Below, one piece after another: positions 20,795 to 30,993 of a stretch of 64,000 nt of DNA. Made by a program: the position numbers and the translations under genes. Position 1 is the stretch's first letter. Each line of letters begins with the position of its first letter. The stretch is taken from NCBI GenBank assembly GCA_963830365.1, contig CAWHMU010000041.1, positions 32,001-96,000 of the forward strand, written 5' to 3'. Origin of the DNA: an uncultured Chlamydiae bacterium (GTDB lineage: Bacteria > Chlamydiota > Chlamydiia > Chlamydiales > Parachlamydiaceae). The notes below the pieces were generated by a model, which did no database searches, had not been told where the DNA came from, and was given only the letters and a program-made list of their open reading frames with translations.

Positions 20795-22030
20795 ATGTGT
20801 CAGCCTGTCAATAATAATTTCAGCAGACTAATACACGGAAATGGCGATAATTCCTATAATCCCAATAATGATGCAAAAAGTAATGAGGCAAAAAGTTCTG
20901 AAGTCAGCAACCTGATAGCTGAATGTTTACCCGATGACCAACCCCGTTCCTCTGCTGGGATGGGCTTGGTGGATCGGCTTTCCCCAAACCTGGCGGGGAG
21001 ACAGCAAGCAACAGCACAAGCTGTTCAAGGGATTTACAATAATGTTGTTTCGCCAGCCGAAACAAAGAGTTCCGCTGTATCCGCTGAATATGAGCAGTGG
21101 CCGTTTGATAAAATCCTTGATAAGCGCTCTACGCTGATGTTTTTATCTAATCCCGCAGATAGGGTTGGTTTTGAAAGAGAGCTTTTTCAAAAATATCAGC
21201 ATAAAGAGATTTGTTGTGTATCGAGTATTTTAGAATTCGAAGACCAACTTACAATCGCTTATGTCGATCAAGGTGCAATAAAATCCGAAGATGGCCCGAT
21301 AAGAAATATATTAAATAATGGAGGCATCCTCGTCCTTGATTTTGAGAACTTCCCAGGGGCAATCGAACATCTTAACTCTCTTTTTGACACCCCTCCACTC
21401 TATAACGGAGAGCTACTGCACAAAGATGTCAAGATTATAGGCCTAATCGGAAACAGAGGGATGACAAATAAGCGCTATACTTCGGCCTTCATTTCGCGCT
21501 GGGATCAAAAAATAGACCTTCTTTCCAAACAACAAGGCATGCAAAATAGTATAGCAAGGGTTAAAGATGGAGAGAACTTCCCTGTGGTTGATCTTTATGG
21601 CTCTCCCGACTTTGAGGAGGCCTTGATCGGAACCGTAAATTCTGAAGGCCGTGACCAATGGAGTTTTCAAGAAGGGGCTCTTATCCAGGCGATCAAGCGT
21701 GGAGAAACAGGACTGATTTTAAAAATTCCCCCTTATGGCTCGGTCTCTTTCGAACGCCTGCTTTGTACAATCCAAGCTACAGGCAAGGTGCATGCCAATG
21801 GTAAAAGCATCGATATTCCTAAGGGGTTTTCATTTCGGCGCGCGGAAGGGTATACAGACAAAGAGCTGTCCGCTGCCCTTCAAAAAACAAAGCTGCATGT
21901 TGTTTCTCAACCGGAAGTGCCTGGTTTCGAGTCAGAAGAAAAAGATGCCGAAAAACGTTTTGGAAAAAGGCTAATTGTCAATGCTTCAACCTTTAAAAAA
22001 AGGTGTCAGGCTTGGCATTTGGAGATTTGA
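20795..22030 (+). pseudogene. Effector-like protein with degenerate AAA/midasin-like segments, apparently truncated by a hairpin element
   Basis: LVLDF...EHLNSLFD, SAFISRW, EGALIQAIK; the last codons and stop lie inside the 21996-22098 palindrome. Confidence 0.5.
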
Positions 22031-22098
22031 CACTTAAACACCTTGCTTTCAATATTCTAAAAATTAAATCTCCAAATGGTAAGCCTGACACCTTTTTT
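21996..22098. repeat. Hairpin element (GG(T/G)GTCAGGC family)
   Basis: AAAAAGGTGTCAGGCTT..CATTTGGAGATTT ... AAATCTCCAAATG..AAGCCTGACACCTTTTT. Confidence 0.85.
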
Positions 22099-22115
22099 GC
22101 ATCTACCAGCACCTT

Positions 22116-23066
22116 TTACCATTCAAGATTTGATGTTTTTTGCTGACCTTCAGCTTCTCTGTCCATTTGTTTTGCGATGAAACCGGAAACAGCAGTATAG
22201 GCATCGGCTTGCATGACAGGATTCCGGATGAACAGAGTATGAAGGAGCTCGCCTTCTTTAAGAAGTTTATGATGGATTTTTGCTGCTAGTATGTTACGGC
22301 TCAGAGAAATTCCTCTATCATCTTTTATGAATTGTTCTAGTGACATTTCTTCTTCCAAACCCCGTATGAGAATGGCGCTTTGCAAGACAGTGGTGGCGTA
22401 ATCCATGCAGTAATAAGATTCTCGAGCATCTCCTTTCCGATTGAGAAACTGTTTTCCCATGAGCAAATCAGCAACAGCGTGTGCGATTCTTTTATCGTCC
22501 TTTGGTGGGGTTGGGCGGAGTCGAGGTTTTTTTAACCAATGTGTACATATCTTCCAGGTCGATATTTTTACAAGTTGCTTATCGGTAGCTTCGAACGGAG
22601 CACGATGCTTTTCAGGGATATATGCTGTTTGCAGTCCGTATTTAGCGATCAATGACCGTAATCTGTCATCACTAGGCACATAGACGACCAAGCTAGTCAC
22701 ATCATTACCGGCATAGTTAAGATAATTCACTCGCTTTGTCCTTATACCACGCGCTGCTACGTGAGCGATGATGAGTTCGTCCTCTTTTTCAGTCTCTTGC
22801 GGTTTGGCTTTTCTTATCACAAGCATACCGTGGTTGTAGTCGGTTTGTATATGGATCTTGAAAAATACGTTTAGCAAATATTGCAGGCATGCATACACTC
22901 TATGTATAAGAGTCTTATGTTGATGATCTCTCGTGATGGCGAAAGTACCTGAGTACGAAATATTAGAATCTAAATGTCCATGGTATGGAAACTCATATCT
23001 AGTGAATCGGACTTCACCTGTTGAAAATGACATAAAAGATCCTGGTAATAAAGTTATGGACGTCAA
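22116..23066 (-). CDS. Putative permuted papain-like NlpC/P60 (YiiX-like) enzyme
   Basis: Order NHGMLV ... IAHV ... YYCMDY (His before Cys). Confidence 0.5.
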   Translation of the reverse strand: MTSITLLPGSFMSFSTGEVRFTRYEFPYHGHLDSNISYSGTFAITRDHQHKTLIHRVYACLQYLLNVFFKIHIQTDYNHGMLVIRKAKPQETEKEDELIIAHVAARGIRTKRVNYLNYAGNDVTSLVVYVPSDDRLRSLIAKYGLQTAYIPEKHRAPFEATDKQLVKISTWKICTHWLKKPRLRPTPPKDDKRIAHAVADLLMGKQFLNRKGDARESYYCMDYATTVLQSAILIRGLEEEMSLEQFIKDDRGISLSRNILAAKIHHKLLKEGELLHTLFIRNPVMQADAYTAVSGFIAKQMDREAEGQQKTSNLEW

Positions 23067-23952
23067 AAAACTGCGTGATATTTTCTATTTCTTAATCATG
23101 AGGCAGGCAGGACTGAGCTCTTAAATGAGCTTGAGACGCCGAGTTTATATTTCATCCAGTTCCAAACAAAGCGGGCGGTATGAAGTTTTTCTTGAGACTC
23201 AAACTCTTTCGACGACATTCTGTATTTTTTGCCTCGCAATAGATATTGGATGGCACGGTGACCCGTTTCGGTAACCCATTCTGTCGTCGGCACGGGAGCT
23301 TGGTAAGCTTTAACACGTTCACCGATGACAGCCAAGTTGCTGTACTTCGTATCAGGAAACACAAGAAAGTTTCTTTCTTCTCCTGGGAGAAAACGCACTA
23401 TTGGTGCAGAATCTCGACTTCCGTATTGCCGAGCGCGCGAATCGACTGTCGCCGTGTATTTTGCGGGAAAGCCTTCCACAATATCCCAAACCCCAAGTCT
23501 TCTCAGAACTTCCTCAGTCAGCTCCTCTTCGCTACAATCTGTCCCAGGACGTTTTACATGTAAGCCTAATTTGCTCAAATCATTCATCGCAATATAAAAG
23601 AGGCGAGATCCTTTTGGCTGGGCTTTGTAATAGGATGACCCGAGAGAAATAAGCGTAATTTGCCAAGGATGCTTGGTGTCTATATGAATAAAATCTCTTT
23701 CTGAAAGACCCGGGAATTTGCTTTCTATTTGAGATGCCAGGTCGTCATCAACACGCAACCATACCGAGCTATGGGGTTGCTTAATGCTATTTGAAAAAGG
23801 TGTGTCCGGAGAAATCGGAGCTGTGCTCTTATCATCGTAAATTAAGGCCTTCTCAGGAACTAAGCCTTTATTTACGTTTGCCCCAAGAGTGATTATAATG
23901 GTCCCGGAAATTTGGACAATGGTCTAAGCTAATACCCTCTTTAAGAAAAGAG

Positions 23953-24252
23953 GTGAAAATGAGCCGAACAAGAAAAAAATATCCCCCAGAATTTAAAGTC
24001 AAAGCCGTGCTTGAGATTTTGAAGGGAGAAAAGACTGCAAGTCAATTATCCGGTGAACTGGGAGTGCATCCTATCGTGTTGTCGGAGTGGAAAAAACACT
24101 TTTTATCAACTGCCACAACTGTATTTGAAAAACCGAGCAAGATGACTGGGACAGCACAGGAAGTTAAAGAAAAGGCAGAACTTTTCGAGCAAATCGGACG
24201 TCTTAAAATGGAGGTGGAGTGGCTTAAAAAAAAGTTAGGATGTTTGACTTAA
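23953..24252 (+). CDS. IS3 OrfA (HTH)
   Basis: RKKYPPEFK.KAV; A8G slippery site near 24225. Confidence 0.93.
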   Translation: MKMSRTRKKYPPEFKVKAVLEILKGEKTASQLSGELGVHPIVLSEWKKHFLSTATTVFEKPSKMTGTAQEVKEKAELFEQIGRLKMEVEWLKKKLGCLT

Positions 24253-25082
24253 ATTCTCGACGACTTCTAATAGAGCCAGATCATAAGAAGTTGTCGCTAT
24301 CAAGTCAGTGTCATTTGCTTGGAATGTCACGATCTGGGTTGTATTATAAGGCCAAACAGCCCAACGAGGAAGATTTGGCACTCATGCGGGCTATTGATGA
24401 ACAATATCTTCAAACTCCCTTCTATGGAAGAAGACGGATGACGATAGCAATGAGAGCTCAAGGTTTTTTTGTAGGAGGAAAAAGGATTCGAACGGCGATG
24501 CAGACAATGGGTTTAGAAGCAATCTATCCCAAGCCCAATCTGAGTGCGGCAAATAAGGAGCATAAAAAGTTTCCTTACCTACTAAGAGGGATTGTAGTAG
24601 ATAAACCCGATTTGGCATGGGCTGCAGATATCACCTACGTTCCTTTGTTGAAAGGATTTGGATACCTTTTTGCGATCATCGATTGGTTTAGCAGGTATGT
24701 GATCGAATGGGAACTTTCGAATCTGCTGGATGCGGAATTTTGCATTAATGCATTAGAAAGAGGGCTTTCTCGAGCTAGTCCTGAGATATTCAACACAGAC
24801 CAAGGAGTTCAATTCACCTGCTGTTGGTTTGTAGAGAGATTAGAAGCAGGCGGAGTCAGAATCAGTATGGATGGAAAAGGCAGAGCCCTTGATAATGTGT
24901 TTATTGAAAGGCTCTGGAGAAGCGTGAAGTATGAAGAGATTTATCCAAAAGGGTATGAAAGCTTAAAAGATGTCCGTAATGGACTTAAGAGTTATTTTAA
25001 GTTTTACAACGAGAGCAGGCCACACCAAGGACTGGGTTATAAAACGCCTGCGGAGGTGTATTTTTCTAGGCAGAGCCTTTAG
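24240..25082 (+). CDS. IS3 OrfB (DDE integrase core)
   Basis: WAADITY, NTDQGVQF, DNVFIERLWRSVKYE, RPHQGLGY. Confidence 0.95.
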   Translation: MFDLNSRRLLIEPDHKKLSLSSQCHLLGMSRSGLYYKAKQPNEEDLALMRAIDEQYLQTPFYGRRRMTIAMRAQGFFVGGKRIRTAMQTMGLEAIYPKPNLSAANKEHKKFPYLLRGIVVDKPDLAWAADITYVPLLKGFGYLFAIIDWFSRYVIEWELSNLLDAEFCINALERGLSRASPEIFNTDQGVQFTCCWFVERLEAGGVRISMDGKGRALDNVFIERLWRSVKYEEIYPKGYESLKDVRNGLKSYFKFYNESRPHQGLGYKTPAEVYFSRQSL

Positions 25083-26350
25083 GAAAAGGGGGCAAGCCCC
25101 CTTACCCCCCTTCCGCCTTCGTTGGACTTGGATTACCTTGATTTTTAAAGGAACTTGAGGGGGCAAGCCCCCTCAAACTCCCCCTTTAGCTGCAAGAACA
25201 ACAAAAACTTGAGGTTATTAGCTTAACTTTTCCCATTTTTTGTCTAGACAAAGGGGACCACTTTAGATGATGACTTTTGCATTCGGCGTTAATTGCGCGC
25301 CATCAATAGCAACAACGCGCTGGTTTTCAACAGCAAGCTGTCGTACTGTTCTTCTCTTTTCAATGTGCACGCCTTCTTTTTGTAAATAGCTGACAATTGG
25401 TTCGACTATTGATTCATAGTCACATGAAGCAGATCTTAGCACCCAGTTATGTGGAGCAGTGCCATGTGTATGTGTCATATATCGCTTTAGTGAAAGAGCT
25501 GAGTGATGGTCGAAAAGACCTGTGAGGTGGAAAAAGTATCTAAAAATGGGGGTTTCGGTCATTCCTGGTGGGAAAAGATCTCGAATGGCCATGTTTTCCA
25601 ATTCTTCATCATTTTTACTTGCGATGGCCAAAAAGGCTGTCCGCATTTCAGCGGGGACCGTTTGTCTAGGTTGAGCGTGATTTCGACCAATCAGATGGTC
25701 TGTATTCCATATTCCAGCTTGCCTCCATGCCTTCTCTGTATAGTGATAGGAAGGTTCATCGAAAGTGCGAACAGTATGTGCAAAAAAAGATTTTCCTTTA
25801 TTAGCAACATGTCGGTAAAAAATTCCTCCGCATTCTTCATTTTCTTCCAAAAGAGTAATGTTTCGTGCCGGCACTCCTTCTTGTAGTAATAAAAGTGTTG
25901 TATTAAGACCCGCGATGCCTCCCCCAATAACATAAAAAGGGCTATTTAAGATTTCTTGTGCTACAGAATCTGTTTTCTTTGTCGTCCCGCAACAGTGCTT
26001 AATCCACGCAACAGACCGGCCTATCAATTTTCCGATCGAATCATTAACTAATGCCAAGGCGAGCGAAAGCATGCAGCCAAGAGTGTTAAAAAAAACTTTT
26101 GTGCTATTAATGAAAGATGATTGATTAGGCATAGATTCCACTCTTTTAGATTAAAATAAATTATAAGCTATGGTAGCAACTGCTCATAAAGTTGAGGTAT
26201 ACCATGCGCGGTTAGGTTGCTTTGACGAGACTATCGCGCCTTTGCTTCGATGATTGTAGTAAAAAAGTGTTAAGAGTGTATAAAGTTGTTGTCGAAATTT
26301 TAAATTATTGCATAACCATGTTGAAGGTACTACGGAACGACCAACAGGAT

Positions 26351-26443
26351 TGGGGTCAGGCAGGCATTCGGTTATTCGCCATTCAAACACATACCGGCAT
26401 ACCAAGTCTGACCCTATTATCTGACCCCGATACTGACGCCATT
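26351..26443. repeat. GGGGTCAG...CTGACCCC hairpin with trailing CTGACCCC-like units
   Basis: Same layout as 42787-42900. Confidence 0.65.
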
Positions 26444-26603
26444 TTAATTTTGTCGATAATGTTTATTTCATTATGTTGAGGTTTCGCAGATCTGTTTTTA
26501 TGGCGGTTAATTCTGCCGGAAAATCGTTTTTTTTCTGACATGACTTGACGGATTTCTCATGAGCAACTGCTATTTCTAGTCTTAGAATAGGGGGTGGGTG
26601 GGT

Positions 26604-27893
26604 ATGTCGATTCCAAATGTTCCTTGTTCAGGCTTTTCTGAGGTCCATATAGACCAACAATCCTGCGTTTTGCAGGAGGTCGTCGCACCACAACCTAAAC
26701 TTGCCGAAAGGGTAGATTTGTTTAGCAGGTCGATATTTCGATATATGGGTGCTGCTGGCTCAAGGGGCAGCAAGCCCATTAATTATGCTGTCACCAAATT
26801 CCAGGAAGGAAGAAATCTTCTGGAAAGTACAAATAGATGTTTGCGCATACAAGGTATGTTCATAATGACCATGGCGGCGATGATTTGTGTTCCATGTGCC
26901 TTTCTTTCGCTTCCCGGTATTACGCTTAAGGCGCTTAGCGCTTTATTTAGAAATAATTTCGCCTATTCACCCGCCCTTGAATCAAGCGTTAGGCTATCAT
27001 CAGGTGAAGCGTTGAATGTCATGACGTGGAACGTCGGACTCGGTCCGGCCTTTATGTCGGCCACAAACGGATTAGCACACCCAAAAGAGCGCATCGGTGC
27101 GATTGTAGAAAAAATCGTAGAGCAAGAGGCTGACATTGTGTCTTTGCAAGAAGTTTTTGATCATGAGGGAACGCAAGAATTGGTCAAACAACTAAATGAA
27201 AAGGGTTATAACTGTGTGCATTCTATATTGACAGGCGGGGTGACGACGCTCTCTAGCGGGTTGTTTTTTGCTATTAAGCGTACTAAGGATGATGATTTGA
27301 CAATTAAAGATGTCAAAACGTGGAAATTTACCAACGGCGTAGATTCTGATTGGCTTTCCAATAAGGGGTTGCTCGGATTGAAACTTAAAGTAAAAAGGCA
27401 TGGTGCGAAAAAAAACATGTATGTTTTTAACACTCATCTGCAAGCAAGCTATGGCAAGGATGGGTATAGCCATGTGCGGAAAGCACAGATGGCAGGCATA
27501 ATAAAGCGCATTCAAGAATGGACGGTGAATCACACAGAAAATGTCCTTTTATCCGGCGACTTAAATTTTGGCGCCGCAAAAGTCGAGGTGGGCGATGATG
27601 ATGCAGAGTATGACGAGCAAATGAAAACCTTGCAAGCCGTTAACTTGACGGACGATAATGAGACAGTGCAGCATGAAACCCTTCAAGCTAAGAGCAAGCC
27701 GCAAGGCTCTTTCATGCATATCAAAAAGAAAGATCCCTCCGGCAGGCGATCCAGGGCGATCATTGACTATGTCATTCGCGGAAATGGATTTGCACAAACC
27801 CAACCACAGATCATTGACATTAGCCAGGAGGAGCCTCCCTGTTCCGACCACTCTCTTGTTGTCGCACAGGTTTCTTTCATTAGCTTAGTATAA
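26604..27893 (+). CDS. EEP-domain neutral sphingomyelinase-like phosphodiesterase with N-terminal hydrophobic segment
   Basis: MTWNV, LQEVFD, SSGL, SNKG, NTHLQA, GDLN, IDYV, SDH. Confidence 0.85.
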   Translation: MSIPNVPCSGFSEVHIDQQSCVLQEVVAPQPKLAERVDLFSRSIFRYMGAAGSRGSKPINYAVTKFQEGRNLLESTNRCLRIQGMFIMTMAAMICVPCAFLSLPGITLKALSALFRNNFAYSPALESSVRLSSGEALNVMTWNVGLGPAFMSATNGLAHPKERIGAIVEKIVEQEADIVSLQEVFDHEGTQELVKQLNEKGYNCVHSILTGGVTTLSSGLFFAIKRTKDDDLTIKDVKTWKFTNGVDSDWLSNKGLLGLKLKVKRHGAKKNMYVFNTHLQASYGKDGYSHVRKAQMAGIIKRIQEWTVNHTENVLLSGDLNFGAAKVEVGDDDAEYDEQMKTLQAVNLTDDNETVQHETLQAKSKPQGSFMHIKKKDPSGRRSRAIIDYVIRGNGFAQTQPQIIDISQEEPPCSDHSLVVAQVSFISLV

Positions 27894-27992
27894 AATGGGT
27901 CTGAGAAGGCACGGCCTTAACCTGTCTTGGCGATGGTCATTCGCTTTGATAGGTTAGCTGATTATTGCTAACTATGAAATTTTCACTGGCGC

Positions 27993-28502
27993 ATGGTAAA
28001 ACTGGAAATAAAAAGACTGCCCAGCGATGCTGGGCAGTCTTTATATTTAATTGCAGGCGTGCCGATGATGATAAATGTCAGGGATTATCAATATTTTGGT
28101 GGCGAGCATCCCGCCATAGCGATAGCAAGGGTCACAAGTTATGGCTTATTAAGAATGGCTTCTACGGCAGCATCTGTAGGCTTTATGGTGAAAGAAGTCT
28201 GCTTCTTCGCCGCCCTAGGCAGTTTTTTTGCTAAAATGTATGCCTCATTTAATGAGCTTTACCAGTGCGCCGAGAATGGGCAGGCAAGCGCTAATGAATT
28301 GCTGCCTTTTCTTCCATTGAGAAAAGAGCGGCGTATTCAAATTCGTCATCAAGAGACGCATCAGCGTGCTAAATGCTACGAACTGATGAAAAGTGTCAGG
28401 CAGCTTACAAACGCTGTAATCGATGGTTTTGCAGTAACCATTTCATATCATAATATTCAAATACTTACCGATTATTTAGCAAACGGGCTATATGAAGAAT
28501 AG
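27993..28502 (+). CDS. Hypothetical protein
   Basis: 169-aa ORF with a hydrophobic centre; no recognised motif. Confidence 0.5.
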   Translation: MVKLEIKRLPSDAGQSLYLIAGVPMMINVRDYQYFGGEHPAIAIARVTSYGLLRMASTAASVGFMVKEVCFFAALGSFFAKMYASFNELYQCAENGQASANELLPFLPLRKERRIQIRHQETHQRAKCYELMKSVRQLTNAVIDGFAVTISYHNIQILTDYLANGLYEE

Positions 28503-28980
28503 ACCGTGATATAAAAGCATATTTACAAGCAATCTAAGGCGTACTTCCTGCCCTTGTCGTTACCCACAACTATCAATCGAATATTTTAAGTCGTTTTTTG
28601 GGCCATCCTCGCCTATTCGGTCAAGAAAGCAAAAAGAGAGGAACTCCTACGGAGTTAAATGCAATTATTCATTTTCCCATAGTTGCGGCTGTCTTCGCTT
28701 TCGCTCGCGAGCCTTAACTACGGGCTACAAAGAGATCAATCTGCAAGACCTCAAAAGAACTCATGGGCTATGTATCAGCAGAGAAGGTAGATTAATAAAC
28801 CTTATTGTGAATATATTTCAAAGTTTTTTTGTTGGCGGAGCTTATCTCTTTGTAGCGCCCAAGCGGTTTACCGCTGATATCTGAAAAGTAACGGTGTCAT
28901 TAGATGCCATCTTCAGAAAAAAGAACGATCTCTTATAAACTTTCTTTTTACCAAAACAAAAGCTAATAAGGAGATCGTTC

Positions 28981-30378
28981 ATGTCTAATAGTAGCAATTC
29001 CAATCATTTCAAAAAACAACAACATAAAAACAAACTTGGATACATCGATCCTACTGTTGCTGGCATCGATATAGGAGATAAGGGAATCCATATAGCTATT
29101 CCCGATGGTAAAGGTGGTTCTTACGTGAGGGAATTTGGTACAACGACACCTGAACTCCGTGAAATAGTCAAAGTTCTTAAAGAGGCTAATGTGGAAATTG
29201 GTGTTATGGAAGCTACGGGTGTTTATTGGATTCCCCTGTATGAAATTATGGAAGAATCAGGCTTAAAACCAGTCTTGGTCGATGCTAAAAATGTCAAAAA
29301 TCCACCTGGCAGAAAAACTGATGTGGTGGATGCTCAGTGGATTCAAACATTATATTCTAGTGGTCTATTAAGAGCTGCTTATCGCCCACCACGCGATCGC
29401 TTAAAATTGCGGGCATATGTAAGGCAGCGCATGAATGTCATCAAAACAAAGCAATATGCACTTCTGCATATGGAAAAAGCCTTGCAGTTAATGAATATCA
29501 AGCTGAGCACCGCTGTAAGCGATATAGCGGGAGTCTCCGGATTAAATATAACACGAGCAATAGCAGCCGGTGAAAGAGATCCATATAAGTTAGCTGCAAT
29601 GAGGAATAAGCTTTGCAAAAAGGAAGAGAGCCTATTTGTAGCAGCCCTGACAGGGAATTATCAAGAAGAACATATTTTTTCGCTAAAGCAAGCCCTAGAT
29701 CAATACGATTTTGCACATAAACAGCTGGACGAGTGTGACGAGTGCATTCAGAAGGAGCTTGAGCGATTTCCAGATGTAGTCAATACGCCTCCACCAAAGA
29801 ACCATAAAGATATAAAAAAGCGTCCTCAGTTTTCTAAATTCAAAAAACCTAAGAAAAATGATCTTTGTTTTGATGTCAGAGCCATTCTCTGGAGAAAAAC
29901 AGGAATAGACCTGACAGCGCTGCCAGGCATAGCAGATAGTACTGCACTACTCATTTATTCAGAACTTGGAGGGACTGACGTAAGCGCCTGGAATAGCGAA
30001 AAAGCATTTTCGTCCTGGCTAAAACTGTCCCCCGGCAATAATGTTTCAGGAGGTAAACGACGTAAAAGCAAAAGGCAAAAACCAAGTGCCAATTATATTT
30101 CACAGGCTTTAAGAATGTCTGCAGTGGCAGCTAAAAAATCAGATGCTGCATTAGGAGCACATATCAGGCGCATATGCGGCCGAACGGACAACTCTAAAGG
30201 GATTAAGGCCGGCGCGCATAAGCTAGCGACTATGGTATATCACATGTGTAAGGAAGGCTGGCAATATTATGAAAAAGGAGCAGAATATAATGAAAAAATG
30301 CATGCAATGAAAAGCCTGATCGGATTGCACAAAAAAGCTGAAAAATTAGGTTATAAACTAGTTGCCGTAACAGCGTAA
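28981..30378 (+). CDS. IS110 DEDD recombinase/transposase
   Basis: GIDIGD, MEATG.YW, RKTDVVDA, LPGI, SGGK. Confidence 0.96.
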   Translation: MSNSSNSNHFKKQQHKNKLGYIDPTVAGIDIGDKGIHIAIPDGKGGSYVREFGTTTPELREIVKVLKEANVEIGVMEATGVYWIPLYEIMEESGLKPVLVDAKNVKNPPGRKTDVVDAQWIQTLYSSGLLRAAYRPPRDRLKLRAYVRQRMNVIKTKQYALLHMEKALQLMNIKLSTAVSDIAGVSGLNITRAIAAGERDPYKLAAMRNKLCKKEESLFVAALTGNYQEEHIFSLKQALDQYDFAHKQLDECDECIQKELERFPDVVNTPPPKNHKDIKKRPQFSKFKKPKKNDLCFDVRAILWRKTGIDLTALPGIADSTALLIYSELGGTDVSAWNSEKAFSSWLKLSPGNNVSGGKRRKSKRQKPSANYISQALRMSAVAAKKSDAALGAHIRRICGRTDNSKGIKAGAHKLATMVYHMCKEGWQYYEKGAEYNEKMHAMKSLIGLHKKAEKLGYKLVAVTA

Positions 30379-30429
30379 AGAAGACAAGAAAAGCAAGACC
30401 GGTTGAATAGCAGTAATCAAAAATTCGTG

Positions 30430-30570
30430 GAAAAAATTGACCCATCGAGCACTGGTGCTAAGTGCCCGTTTTGTAGCTTGGTCGGAAAGAATCGCGATAA
30501 TATCATTGGGAAGCATAGCTATCCCGTTCGGAAGATCGCCTGGCATTATGTTCTTTCCTCCGCCTTTTTA
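30430..30570 (+). ncRNA. Candidate bridge/seek RNA of the IS110 element
   Basis: Two stem/internal-loop lobes carrying TTTGTAG (target) and TCGGAAG (donor); boundaries approximate. Confidence 0.7.
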
Positions 30571-30993
30571 ATGATTAATGCTCTTCGACTCCAAAAGCAG
30601 GGGAAATGATGAAAGATCCGCCAATAACGCCGGCATAAGTTTCGTAAGCATTCAACCTATTGTTACTCGGAAGCCCGTGGCTAAGGCGTGCGAGCGAAAG
30701 CGAAGACAGCTGCAGCTACGGGAAAACGCATATTCTTGTTTAACTCCGTAGGAGTTCCTCTCTTTATTACTTTAGTGATCGAATATTTTCCCTACGAAGA
30801 TGCCAATGGAAAAAAAATGACTTAAAATATTCGATTGATAGTTGTGGGTAACGACAAGCTTGCTGCCCGGACGGCATAATTCCCCACAAAACGTAACCGC
30901 ATATCAGCTGTTTTACGGTTTCATTCTCCTCTATTGAGGGATAAATCCATCTTAGGCTAATATTTTGCCATAAACAGCATAAAGGCAAAACAA

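Larger units (their letters stand above)
23894..25265 (+). mobile_element. IS3-family element copy 1 (1372 bp)
   Basis: TIRs TATAATGGTCCC...TGGACA / TGTCTAGAC...GGGACCACTTTA; 3-bp TSD GAT; orfA and orfB. Confidence 0.95.
23096..26141 (-). pseudogene. FAD-dependent oleate-hydratase-like protein (~556 aa) split by IS3 copy 1
   Basis: YVIGGGIAGL...ITLLE...GG, HSALSLKRY, YESIVEPI..YL..EGV; removing the IS and one GAT joins ...NAKVII/TLGANV... in frame with 23096..23758. Confidence 0.8.
28856..30673 (+). mobile_element. IS110-family element (1818 bp)
   Basis: Ends defined by comparison with the empty site CTCTTTGTAG|CCCGTGG in other MITE-A copies; AG(C) core at both junctions; no TIRs. Confidence 0.92.
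28553..30858. mobile_element. MITE-A copy 2 interrupted by an IS110 element
   Basis: Same TIRs as copy 1; flanks CTTCCTGCC / CTTGCTGCC; 488 bp after removing the IS. Confidence 0.92.
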
